The notes under the pieces: model-generated
The model's database searches: none
What the model was told of the DNA's origin: nothing
The model's input: only the letters and a program-made list of their open reading frames with translations
Translations under genes and position numbers: made by a program
Shown: piece by piece, positions 25,901 through 37,900 of the stretch
How the letters are laid out: every line of letters starts with the position of its first letter
Position numbering within the stretch: position 1 is the first letter of the stretch
Assembly (NCBI GenBank): GCA_964276515.1
Contig: OZ193909.1
Coordinates: 992,001 to 1,056,000 of the forward strand
Origin: Gordius albopunctatus
Taxonomy: Eukaryota
DNA: 64,000 nt
Direction of reading: 5' to 3'

Positions 25901-28900
25901 TTGTTTTCTTCAAGACATTTCCAAACTAAATTACGAGGAACTTTATCGAACGATTTTTTAAGATCGATGAAACACATGTGCAAACCCTCTTCCCTTTATT
26001 TAAACCGTTCCATTAATCTTCTAACACTGTTTAGGGCGTCTGCTGTAGACCTCTCCGGCATAAATCCGAATTGGTTATCTCGAATTTGAACCAAACTCCG
26101 AAGCCGTTTTTTGAACACTTTTTCCCACACCTTGAAAGTGTGACTCATAAGCTTTATCCCTCTGTAATTGTTGCAATCCTGAATGTCCCCTTTCATCTTG
26201 GATATCGGGATCATGTAGCTATCCCTCCACTCTTTAGTCATTTTACCCGTTTTCAAGATATTGTTGAAAAGGTTGGCGAGGAATTGTGAACCAGTATTCC
26301 CTAACACTTTGAAGCCCTCTATTGGTTTATTGTCGGTCCAAGAGCTTTTCCTGACTTTAGTTTACCCAAAGCAACTTTGATTTCCGTTTCCGTGATGCAG
26401 TCCGCTGTGTTTAATTCTCCTATTGTATTTTCCTGGTTAATGTCTTCGACTACAGGCCCCTTTTCAATTGATAAATCGCTATAATAGTCGTAACATCTTT
26501 GTAGTATATGGCTGTCGTGTAATAGTATTTCTCCCTTATGACCCTTGATTAGCCGGCATTCTAGGTAATCTTTAGAATCTCGGGACTTTGACTTTGCGAT
26601 TTTATAGATAAATCTTTCTCCTTCCTTTGAGTGAGTTTTACATTTATATCGTCGTACACCTTGTTTTTAGCTTTCGCTACGAATTTTTTAGCCTATCTTT
26701 TAACTACTTGGTAAGCTTGCTTATCATTACTATCCTTGCTTTTATACGAAACTTTGTACAATCTCTTCTTTTCCTTGAAACATTTTTGCACTTCTTCATT
26801 CCACCACCACGTCTCCTTGAGAATTCTTTTAATGGTCTTGCTTTTACCTAGTATTTGTCGTCCCGCTTTTCGCATAGTGGCAGCTATACCATTCCATTGA
26901 TCCTCACATGAAGTATTTTCCTTAAATTCAGAATGTTTAATTACTTGTTCCTGAAAATGTTGAATATTATCCTTTAGTTTCCTCTATTGTATAGTAGCGG
27001 CTACTCTTTGTAACTTTTGCCCTTTAAGGCCCTTTAATATAAAGTCCATCACCAACAGCTTGTGTTGGCAGTAGAGACCTGCACGGGCGGCCCGAGGCCC
27101 GGCCGGGCCCGGGCCGGGCCGGGCCTAATTCATAAATAACAGGCCCGGCCCGGAATAATTTAGAGGTAGTAGCCTAAGTAGTCTTTGATTCTGTTAAAAA
27201 ATATATTTCAAACAATTGATTAATTACAAGTTATTGCATCTGTTAAACACTCATTCATTTATTTCGCGCTTTTTTCAATATAATACCAACAATTGAATAT
27301 GGAACAACGAAGAAAACTTCTGCAAATAGCCGAATATATCCAGAAAGATTTTTATAAGGTAAGAGATAATCTTACCGGGAAGAGTCAAGTATGGAAAAGA
27401 TTCCTTTTTGTCTATGACAATATGGATATGAAGATAGATTATGTTTTCTGCAAAGCATGCAAGAATGTATTATCTTATAATTCTTGCCAATCAGGTATTT
27501 ATTAATGTTAGTTTTGCTTTTGATAATGCTTAATAGGGAACACTCATCTCCAAAGGCATAAATGCTCTAAAGAAGTCCAGGAAAAAAAAAATAGGGAAAA
27601 ATTGGACAACTACTTATGTAACCCATCCTCAAAAAAACTTAAAAACCCTGCAATAATTAAAAAAGATCTCATATCCTCAATAGCCCATTTTTGTGGAAGG
27701 GATATGAGATCTTTCAATACAATTCATGGTGATGGGTTTATACAATTAGCCCAGCATTTAATCAGATTGGGCTCTATACATGGTAATATTGATGCTAAGG
27801 ATATTATGCCATGTCCAACAACTATATCCAGACATATGGTTCAAACTATGGAACATGAGAGAAATAAAATATATCCCACCATTTTCAAAGCCCTTTCTGA
27901 AGGACACTGCTCAGGTATAAAATTATAATTCAAACTATATAATGTATTAATAAGGCACAACAGATATGTGGCATGATGGTTATAAAAAAAACAACTATAT
28001 TACATTGACATTACACTATGTGATTGGTTATAAACTTTACAAAATTGTATTGTTTACAATTAAGTTTGAAGAAGACAGGAAAACTGGGGAAAATATAAAG
28101 AAGGAAATACTAAACAAATTTCTTTCTTTAGGTATTATATTATGCTTAGGTTTTTATAAAATGGTTTTAAGGTTACACCCATAAACAGTTCTTAGATATG
28201 ATCATAGTTACTGATCAAGGCAGTAACATGATCAGTGCCTTTCAATGTCAAAAAAGGCTAAATTGTTCAGCTCACATCCTCAACACGATTTTACGGAACA
28301 CATTTAAAAATGAGTATCTAGAGCAGAATCATCCTAGTATCTATGAGACTATGAGTCAGTGCCAAAGCCTTATTGTAGATATGAAACGGACAGGGTAAAA
28401 ACTTAGAATTTAAATTTATATTTATTAGGTTGGTAAATAAACTGACTCAAGGCCTACATTTATGTGTGGAAACAAGATGGAATAGCCGTCTTCGAATGTT
28501 TGAAACATTTCTTAATGTTTACAGTGAATTGAAAAGTCTTCTTGAAGAATCGACACTTCTTGTTAAATTTAATGACATAAATAAATATATTGTGGAGGAG
28601 CTTGTAACCTTTTTGAAGGTTTTCAAAATTGCCAGTGACGATCTAGAGGCAGATCTAAAACCAACATTGCATCTAGTTGGTTTATATTATTATAAATTAG
28701 AAAAAGAGTTGGAGTCATACATCCAAAAAAATACAACAATGAAAATTTTAGCATCTCGTTGTCTAGAATTTTTACACAGCAAGTTTACCCTTGATATAAA
28801 TCATAAAATAGCCATATTTTTATGTCCCCAATTTAAAAGTTTGAGAATGTTGCCCCCCTCAGATTTTAACATGATATGCCAAGTAGTTAAATCCCTAGTT

Positions 28901-31900
28901 TCTAGGGATGGGGGCCATTTATTACAATCACAAGTAACTGTTAGTGCCAACACTCATTCAGTTCAAGGTAATTAATTAATTCTTAAAATATAATATTTAT
29001 AACTAGGTTGTGATGATGGTTCATCGTTTCAAGACTTTAGTTCTTGGCATGAAACATCCATTATGGAGGAAGTAGTAGAGGAGAATGAAGTTGACAGTTA
29101 CATAAAGTTAAAGATCAATGAGAAAAATATAGAATTATTGGAATGGTGGAAAGACCACAGTGGCCAATTTCCAGCGCTTAGCTGCCTTGCTTGTAAGATT
29201 TTTTCAACACCGGCTTCATCTGCCTCGAGTGAGAGGTGTTTTTCGTCCGCGGGCCGCATTTTTGAAGAGCGGAGAACAAATTTAAACTCGGAGATTTTTG
29301 ATGCTTGTATTTTTTTACATCAAAATAGTTCCATTATCGATTTATAATTTTATTATGTGCGTTTTATTTTTTAATAAATAATTTTACAAAAATTGCGTTT
29401 GATTTAATTTTTAGCAATTATTAAAATTCCGGGCCGGGCCCGGGCCGGGCCGGGCCCGGGCCTTATTTTTAAAGATGCTAAAATTCGGGCCCGGGCCGGG
29501 CCTATTTTACATTTTAAATTTCGGGCCAGGGCCGGGCCGGGCCTTAAAAAAATCGATTTTGCAGGTCTCTAGTTGGCAGAACAATATTACACTCGGTATT
29601 ACCTTAACATTTTGAACATACTTTAAGTGCGCTCTGTTGACTAGAAAGAAATCTATCTGAGTGGTACGGCTGCCGCTTTTCTACGTTATAAGATGTTCCT
29701 GTCTCTTTTTGAAGAAGGTATTTCCTATTGCTAGGTCAAAAGCTTGAGCAATTTCTAGAATTTCCGTACCTCCTTCATTTCTTAAGCCGTAACCCCGACC
29801 ACCGTGATTTCTTTCAAATCCTCCCCTTAATTTGCCCACGTATCCATTGAGGTCCGCTCCGATAATTATTATTCCCTCCGTACCGAATTGGGATAGAACA
29901 TCTTCAAGCTCCTTCCAAAAATACTCTTTTTCCGTCTCAGAGCATCCACTTTGAGGGGCGGATGCTGATATAACGTTTATCGTAGTAGATTTATAACAAA
30001 GCTGTATCGCCATAATTCTGTCATTGATTCTTTTAACATCGACGGCAGTTTGCTGAAATTCTTCCGATTAGAGATCTGCAACGGGCCGTTTTTAGAAGGT
30101 CGGCCCGCCCGTACCTGTTTTCAAAAATTTAAGGCCCGTCCGAGCCCGCCCGTAATTTTATCTCAACACTTCAGGCCCGTCCGGGCCCATACATAAATTT
30201 TTTAGGCCCTTCCGAGCTTGTCCGTAGGTTTTTCAGGCCCGCTCAAATTTGTTTAAAACTCCGCGCCCGGCCCAATCCATCAAAAATTTCGCATAATTTT
30301 ATTTTTTGACATATTTATAAAAAAAACATTAATAATTATCATGTAAAAATGATAAATCATCAATTATTTGTGCAGTTAATACACCTAAAAAATTTTAATA
30401 TAGTACTACTATTAAATCACTCTCAAAAATTACATGAGAATATTCCACTTTTAATACTTTACTTTTATTTTATTTAAGTAATTTAAGTTAATAAACCTAA
30501 GAGGTTTTCATTATTACCATAAAATTAAAATACTTTAATAAAATCAAATGAGAATATTCAACTTTCAATAAGCAGTTTACATTGATGTGATTAATTTATA
30601 TCAGTTAATACTAGTGCTGTAAACATTTGTAAAAAAATCGAACGCGTTCACGTTCCTTTAAGAAAAAAGGAACGCGTTCATTTTCGTTCAAAATTTTATT
30701 ATAATTTTTTTTTAATTTAATATAAATAAATGTCTTATATTTTTTAATACAATAAATAGCCATGATAAAAAATAATAGTTTTATTTCGACAATATAATTA
30801 TAAATCAATATAATCTATTTTCTTATTGATTTTTAATAATAATTCTTTTTCAAAATTGTCGTCTGATAAGCAGGAACGCTTGGCAGTTAATACAGCATTA
30901 GCTATACTTAAAACCTGCTCCACAGGGGCAGATGAGGGGATTGGAGTATTATACTTAATAAACAAATTTTTTAAAGGAGGAAATTTTTTAAAAACATTTA
31001 ATGTTTTGTCCCTCGCTTCAAAAATTGCGACAAGATATCATCCTCTCAAATCCGCCCTCTACTTCCTCGTCAAAAAAAATTATATCGAAACGAGTGAAAA
31101 ATATTTTTCATATTTTGGCCATGGCAATTTCAATTCATCTGCTGATTTTGAATATTCAGAATCTGAAGATGACGACGATATAATATTATGATTGTCCATA
31201 TTAACCTATAAATTAAACTATAATTAATAATATCAAATTAATTAACTTTAATCTTATCTTCTTTTGCACGTTATAATATGTTAAAAGTATTTCGGAATTG
31301 GTAATAGGAAACAGGAAAAACAGCTGATTAAAAAATATAATACTCTTTTGTTAAAAATTCGGATTAACATTAATTTTCAAATAAATAAAAATAAAAAAGG
31401 ATTTTTTAAATTGAACGAACGCTAAATTCGAACGCGTTCACGTTCAAGGTTCACCAAAAAATAAAATAACGCCGTTCATGAACGCGTTCATTTACAGCAC
31501 TAGTTAATACACCTAACATTTAGATTAGAACAAAAATATTTATTAAATTATATGGCATTAATAATAAATATCCCAGTAAAATTTGTTATAAAATTAAACA
31601 CAAATATTTTGGTATATTGTATATAAGTAATTGAACTTATAAAAGAATATATACGAAGCTATAATCTTAGATTATGTAAACAAAAATCTATAACAAATAA
31701 AATAAAAATAAAGGAATAAATGCTACAAGATATTCAAATGAGAGGTTACAAAATTAAGCAATTAATATTCTATATTATCAATAAAAAATATGTATTTATG
31801 TAATTGACTGATTTTTAAGGACCTTTGTAATTCAATGACCCTTTATATTATCTCTGGCCCGTTCAAGCCCGTTAAAAAAATCTCAGGCCCGCCTGAGCCC

Positions 31901-34900
31901 GTTCCATTAATTTTTAAGCCCGTCAGGGCCCGGCCCGTTAAAATTTTATGATAAAAAGCCCGTCCAGGCCCGTCCGCGGGCCGGGCCTGCCCGTGCAGAT
32001 CTCTACTTCCGATAGCACCATACCGACGCCATTCGGGTGAGTTTCTGTACCGTAAAAATATAATTTGTATCCGTCCCCTATGTATTTTGCTTTTGGCCCT
32101 TCCATTTGGTCTCTTGTATACATGCGATATCGATTTTTCTCCTCCTTAGAACATCTGCCAATTCTCTGCTCTTGCTAGTCATTGTACCAATATTCCATGA
32201 CCCAAACTTTATCCTACGTAAACTAATGTCTTTAACCGATTCCGTTTGTAGAGAGAGCGGTAGCTTTCTTTTATTTCCCACACATTCCAGGCGAAGAATT
32301 TGCGCGTCGCTTAAGGGGGACGCCCTGTGGTTTTCAATCTGCGTCTTTGTTGCAGCATACATTTTGGTTTATATGGAATGAGGGAGTATTGATATCCCGG
32401 CCTTCCAAGTCTGACGGAACTATGTTAGATTTTGGCGCTTGACTACCTACTATTCTTTATGATGCAGTCATTTTGGTGAATTAAACTTTTCTTTAGACCA
32501 CTCGTATTGATGGGCTTAATCTAGCACTTTCATTTCACTAGTACTCCCTCAAAAAGCCCAGAAATTTTAGTCTGACCCTTCACCAAGAACCTTGCTAATA
32601 GGGTGACTCCACCAGTAACAAGCATAAAAATTGTGTTTGGCTATCAAAGGTATAGCTTCTTGGATCACGAGAGTACACAAGCTCAACCACCACTACAAGG
32701 TACTTCTGGCTCGGTTGAGATAAATATAGAGATATGATTTATTATATTAATAAAAATCAAAAGATCTACATCTTTTATAATGCGACAGCCTATACATTTG
32801 TTCGAAATAATATTGATTCGCTTTAAAGTTGAGCATTCTTAGCAATTGTTGTGAATCCTATTTTTTTAAACCCCGAACATCAGAAGAATTTTTCAATTTA
32901 AAATTTTTAGCAAAAAAATATATTAATCCATGGTTGCTTGAAATATAACATTTATCTTATATTGGTAATAATAAGTAATATCTAAATCATACGTATCCAA
33001 GTTTTTCTTTCGTAAATTTATACTTTCTAAACTTATTTAACAACTTTTTTGGGTGCAAGACTTACGGTTTAACCACGTCCGAACACTACTCAGTATCGCC
33101 AATGCATTCAGGCATATTTCCCGTCCAAGAAAGCCTGTACGCCACTTGGAGTTCTCACGGGATCCGAGTTAGCAGTACTTACTTATACCCACACCTATAC
33201 CCTTGGAGTGCTCGCCGCGGTTTTATCTTTAAAAATATTTCGGTAAGTTTTTATTGGTATTGTAAAAACGGCTGCGTTTCGTTTGGTCGACCTTTGGTTT
33301 TGATCGACTAAGTCAACCCTTTGGTCTGCTTTGCTCTATTTATGCGGCTAAGAAAAACAGACCAAAAAATCGTTGGTTCGTTGATGGTTAGTCGATAAAA
33401 ACCTTAGGTCGACAAAACGAAGCTTAGTCGTTTTTACGACACTATGTTAGCGTTTAAATATTATAATGGGGGGGGGGGGGAGGGGGAAGGTAGTTTAAAT
33501 GAAAATTTTGGTGGTTTTATGCTTGGAAAAGTAGGAAATGATTAATTTTTTTAGGAGAAACTTCTTAATTATTTGAAATTATACACAACATACGAATTTA
33601 AAGAAATTTGAGTTTAGGAATAGATAATTTTTTTAACAACCTAACCCTAATGTTGTAAAAACGGCTGGATTTTGTTTGGTCGACCTTTGGTTTTAGTCGA
33701 CTAATTATAAGCAAACCAAACGTTTTTTGCTCTGTCTTTCTTAGTCGATCTCTGGGGCGTGGTGGGTGGTTAGAGGTTTAGTCTTTGAAGCAAGAGCTCG
33801 CAGGTTCAATCCCACCTCTGGCACTTATTTCAAAAAAGATTAAAAATCACATAGCCACCACGGGTGTCAGGCCTAGATAGTCGAGCATCACCCCTCATCT
33901 AAATATCTAAAGAAGCTGACCCCCTTAGTGTGACAGACAACAGCTATTGGAATTTTTTTTGTCTAAGTCGACCTGTAGGCTTAGTCGAAATTTGAAAAAC
34001 AAACCAGAGTAGGCCCTTAGTCTTAGATATGGATCTTACAGATTAATTAAATAACTTATATAAGAGTATCATCATTCTTATTCTTTTAGATAGACTATCG
34101 CCTGACTAAACAAAACTCAGCCGTTTTTACAACACTACCTAACAATTATAATAATTGAACTTTTCTATAGAGCAGCCAAAAAATATTAATTACTATAAAT
34201 TGAAAAAAATTATTCACAAAAATTTCCATGCTCTTGTGTTTCTCTCTTGCCATGAGCGTAGTCAGAGAGGGGCGAAGAGGATCACTTGCACCTCCCCTTC
34301 ATTAGACTTCTAATCAGAGTTGTTAAACGCACCTCAAAAACCGGTGCGCGCACTCGCACTCGCACCAGTTTTAACAAAGGTGCGCGCACTCGCACCAGTA
34401 TTAAAGGTGCGCGCACTCGCACCCGCACCTAAAATTTTATTGCACTATAAGAAAACAAAATATAGAGCAATGTTCAATGCATAACCTTTATTTTGTCTAA
34501 TGCAAAAAACTAATGAATTTATTATAATTATAAACCTACAAGTGATTCTAGATGTCAATGTCTGTCGACACATGACATCAACAGGAGATTTTGAGAAAGC
34601 ACTTAGTAGCTTTCTAAAGGATGGATTATCCACAGTTGAAAGAGGCTGAATTGTGTTGATGACATAATTCACCAAGGCTTCTTCCCGACTTACCTCTTTA
34701 GTAAAGTTTACAATATTCTGGTTAGATTTATCTAAGACTTTCTTTTTCTTATTGTCATTTCTAAGCTTTTGTAATGTACTATTATGAAATCTCTATAAAT
34801 ATTTTATAAAATAAGTAACAAGATTACCTTTAGATGCCTAGTCAAATTAAAACAAGATCTAGAAGAAGTCTTGAGTTTGGCATTGCTGCATAAAAGACAT

Positions 34901-37900
34901 TGCACCTAAAAATTAAGTGTATTATGCTGATTATCTTTAAGTTTAAAAAAACAGGCATATTTCGGAAATGGCAAAATTGTCATGCATGATGTGCTTGCTA
35001 CATTTATGCTTGATTCTTCTATTTCCATAACTCACTATCATATTAAAGTGTTATATATAAGCAGTGAGAAAAGAAAAGAGTAAAAAATTGGATAAGGAGT
35101 AAATACAATAAATAATATAAATTAATAATTAAAATTAATTAACTAATTTAATATATTTTAATGAAAATTAATTGTAATTAGATCATTATATGTGATTAAA
35201 CTTACGATAGCAAATATAGGTTCAAAAATCAAAAGTGTAAAGATTAATCGTTGATTGATAAAGTAAATACGTGAATAATGTGAAATCGAAATATCGCGAT
35301 TAGATTATTTTTATTGTCTATTGATAGTATCTTCTCCACCAGGAACATAGATGTATGTTATATATATATAGTAAATCAGTAGAAATTTAATTTGTGAAAT
35401 ATGCGATATAATACAATTTCGAATAAATTAATAAATTGTAAAACTCTTAATGTGCGCAAAAAAGGAGCGCAATTGCGCACTCGCACCGACTTAATCAGGT
35501 GCGCGCACCCGCACTCGCTCTTCGTTATAAAAAAGTGCGCGCACCAGCACGTCGCACCAAAAATCCGGTGCGCGCACCCGGTGCGCGCTCCTTAACAACT
35601 CTGCTTCTAATCAGAGTTTATTAAATATTTGTAAAATTACAAATTATTTGTTTTCTTAGGTATTGCCGAGGCAAACTTGCGGAGTTTTTACCCACACACA
35701 AATCATGGCTTTATACCCTAAAGGCAAATCAGCTTTTGATGCCATGATCTTTGGTGGTTCCATTTTCGACAGTTTCATCAATAACCGAGTATGGCATTTA
35801 ATTACAAACACAATTCTTATTCATGTGTCGCCAAAATTATTAAGATGCTATGCAATTTATGGGCTCACTTTTGTCCGTCCGTCTTGTCCTTAGAGACCTG
35901 CAAAATCTATTTTTTTAAGGCCCGACCCGGACCCGAAATTTAAAAGGGGGAATATGCCCGGCCCGGGACCGAATTTTAGCATCTTTAAAAATAAGGCCCG
36001 GGCCCGGCTCTGCCCGGAATTTTAATATTTGCTTAAAATTAAATCAAACGCGATTTTGGTAAAATTATAAATCGATAATGGAACTATTTTGATGTAAAAA
36101 AATACAAGCACCAAAAATCTCCGAGTTTAAATTTGTTCTCCGCTCTTCAAAAATGCGGTCCGCGGACGAAAAACACCTCTCACTCGAGGCAGATGAAGCA
36201 GGTGTTGAAAAAATCTTACAAGCAAAGCAGCTAAGCGCTGGAAATTGGCAACTGTGGTCTTTCCACCATTCCAATAATTCTATATTTTTCTTGTTTGCTG
36301 TTTAACTTTATGTAATTGTCAACTTCATTCTCCTCTTTCATGCCCTGTACTAAAGTCTTGAAACGATGAACCATCACCACCTACTTATAAATATTATATT
36401 TTGAGAATTATTTAATTACCTTGAACTGAATGAGTGTTGGCACTAACACCAGTTAATTGTGATTGTAATGAATGGCCCCCATCCCTAGAAACTAGGTTTT
36501 TAACTACTTGGCATATCTTGTTTAAATCAGATGGGGCTAACATTTTCAAACTTGTAAATTGTGGAATAAAAATATTGCCATTTTATGATTTATATCCAGG
36601 GTAAACTTGGTGTTTAAAAATTCTAGACATCGGGATGCTAAAATTTGCATCGTTGTATTTTATTGATGTGAATCCAACTCTTTTTCTAATTTATAATAAT
36701 AAACTCGGGCCGTCAGCCCTCGTGGGAAGGGGGAGGGGGAAGGGGAAGAGGCGAAGGGAAGTGGGGAGGGAGGGGCAGGAGGGAATGGGGAACGACTGAT
36801 CTATACTCCGTATAAAAGTAGCCCATTTGCTATGCAATTTATGGGCGAGAAAGATGGGAAGGGGCGAGATGGCCTATAGGGCGGTATTAAATGCAAAATG
36901 ATTAGTTAATTATTAATACAAAGTTTCCATTTAATTTAAAAAAAATTGCCCTCCCCGGGTATCGAACCTACTTCCAAGCGGTTTCAGTGGTAAACACGAC
37001 GACGGTGCAAGACATCGGAAAATGGAAAGTGAGCCCATAAATTGCATATTGAATTTAGGGGGGGGGCAGCCGCTCCTCCCTGCCCTCCGCCCTTGGCTAA
37101 GCCCATTAGGCTAATCCTTGTATAATTCAATTTGCTGGCTTTTTACATTTTTTAATAAGACTCTTAAATAATTTGGATTTAAGGGCCCTCTAGAGTATTT
37201 AAGTGAATTTGGAAAATTTTAAATCACGAAAAGAAATGAGTTTAGGTAATTTTAAATCTCCTTGATAATGTGTAGAGAAACTTAAATTTAATTTAAAAAA
37301 ACGAAGAAAAAAATATTTTCGTCTTCCTTGAATTAATAATTTTATAAACCAAAAATATCAAAATGGATATGATGCCATTTAAATCTAAAAAAAGATTCGA
37401 GACTATAAAGGCATCATAGATATATAAGCCTAAAACTTTAAAAAAGGTATTAAAAAAATTGCATAGCAATTAATATATAATCTAATCGGTATAATTATTA
37501 TTTAAACATATTCACATAGTGTTTTATATTTTATTAAGTGAGCAGGATCAAGGAGGGGCGGCTGCCTCCTATAAATCCAAAAACTCTTTGAAGTTTATTA
37601 AAATATTGGATTATTTTACCCATCCCATAATCATTTTTGCCTCCCTCAAATGCCTATGCTGGCTAGTGGCTAGGCCCATGCTATATGCTATTTTTATAGA
37701 TTTCCCTCTCTGCTAGAATTATTAATTATATTTGAAAGTGAGGAGGAAAAAAGCAATAAATACTGTGCCTGCTTGTGTCGTTGTGGCACTCACTTATTTT
37801 TATTTCTAAATTGTTGATGTTGAGATCACAATACAAGATAGTGCGGGGGAATATCAATAATGCCAAGTCAGCGGTGGGCTGATAAGAGGGTAAGATAGAG

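Larger units (their letters stand above)
24921..32719 (-). mobile_element. Full-length degenerate RTE-clade LINE in NDST intron 6, carrying nested hAT elements
   Basis: Endonuclease ([25 protein letters not shown]), RT ([26 protein letters not shown]), (GAA)n tail at 24921; TSD ATAAATATAGATATA 24906-24920 vs ATAAATATAGAGATA 32720-32734. Confidence 0.9.

Noticed and set aside
30826..31191. 121-aa plus-strand ORF
   Set aside because: Antisense shadow of a hAT transposase remnant on the minus strand
33754..33830. tRNA gene
   Set aside because: No clean cloverleaf; continues into a shared body with a TSD-flanked second copy, so it is a SINE head
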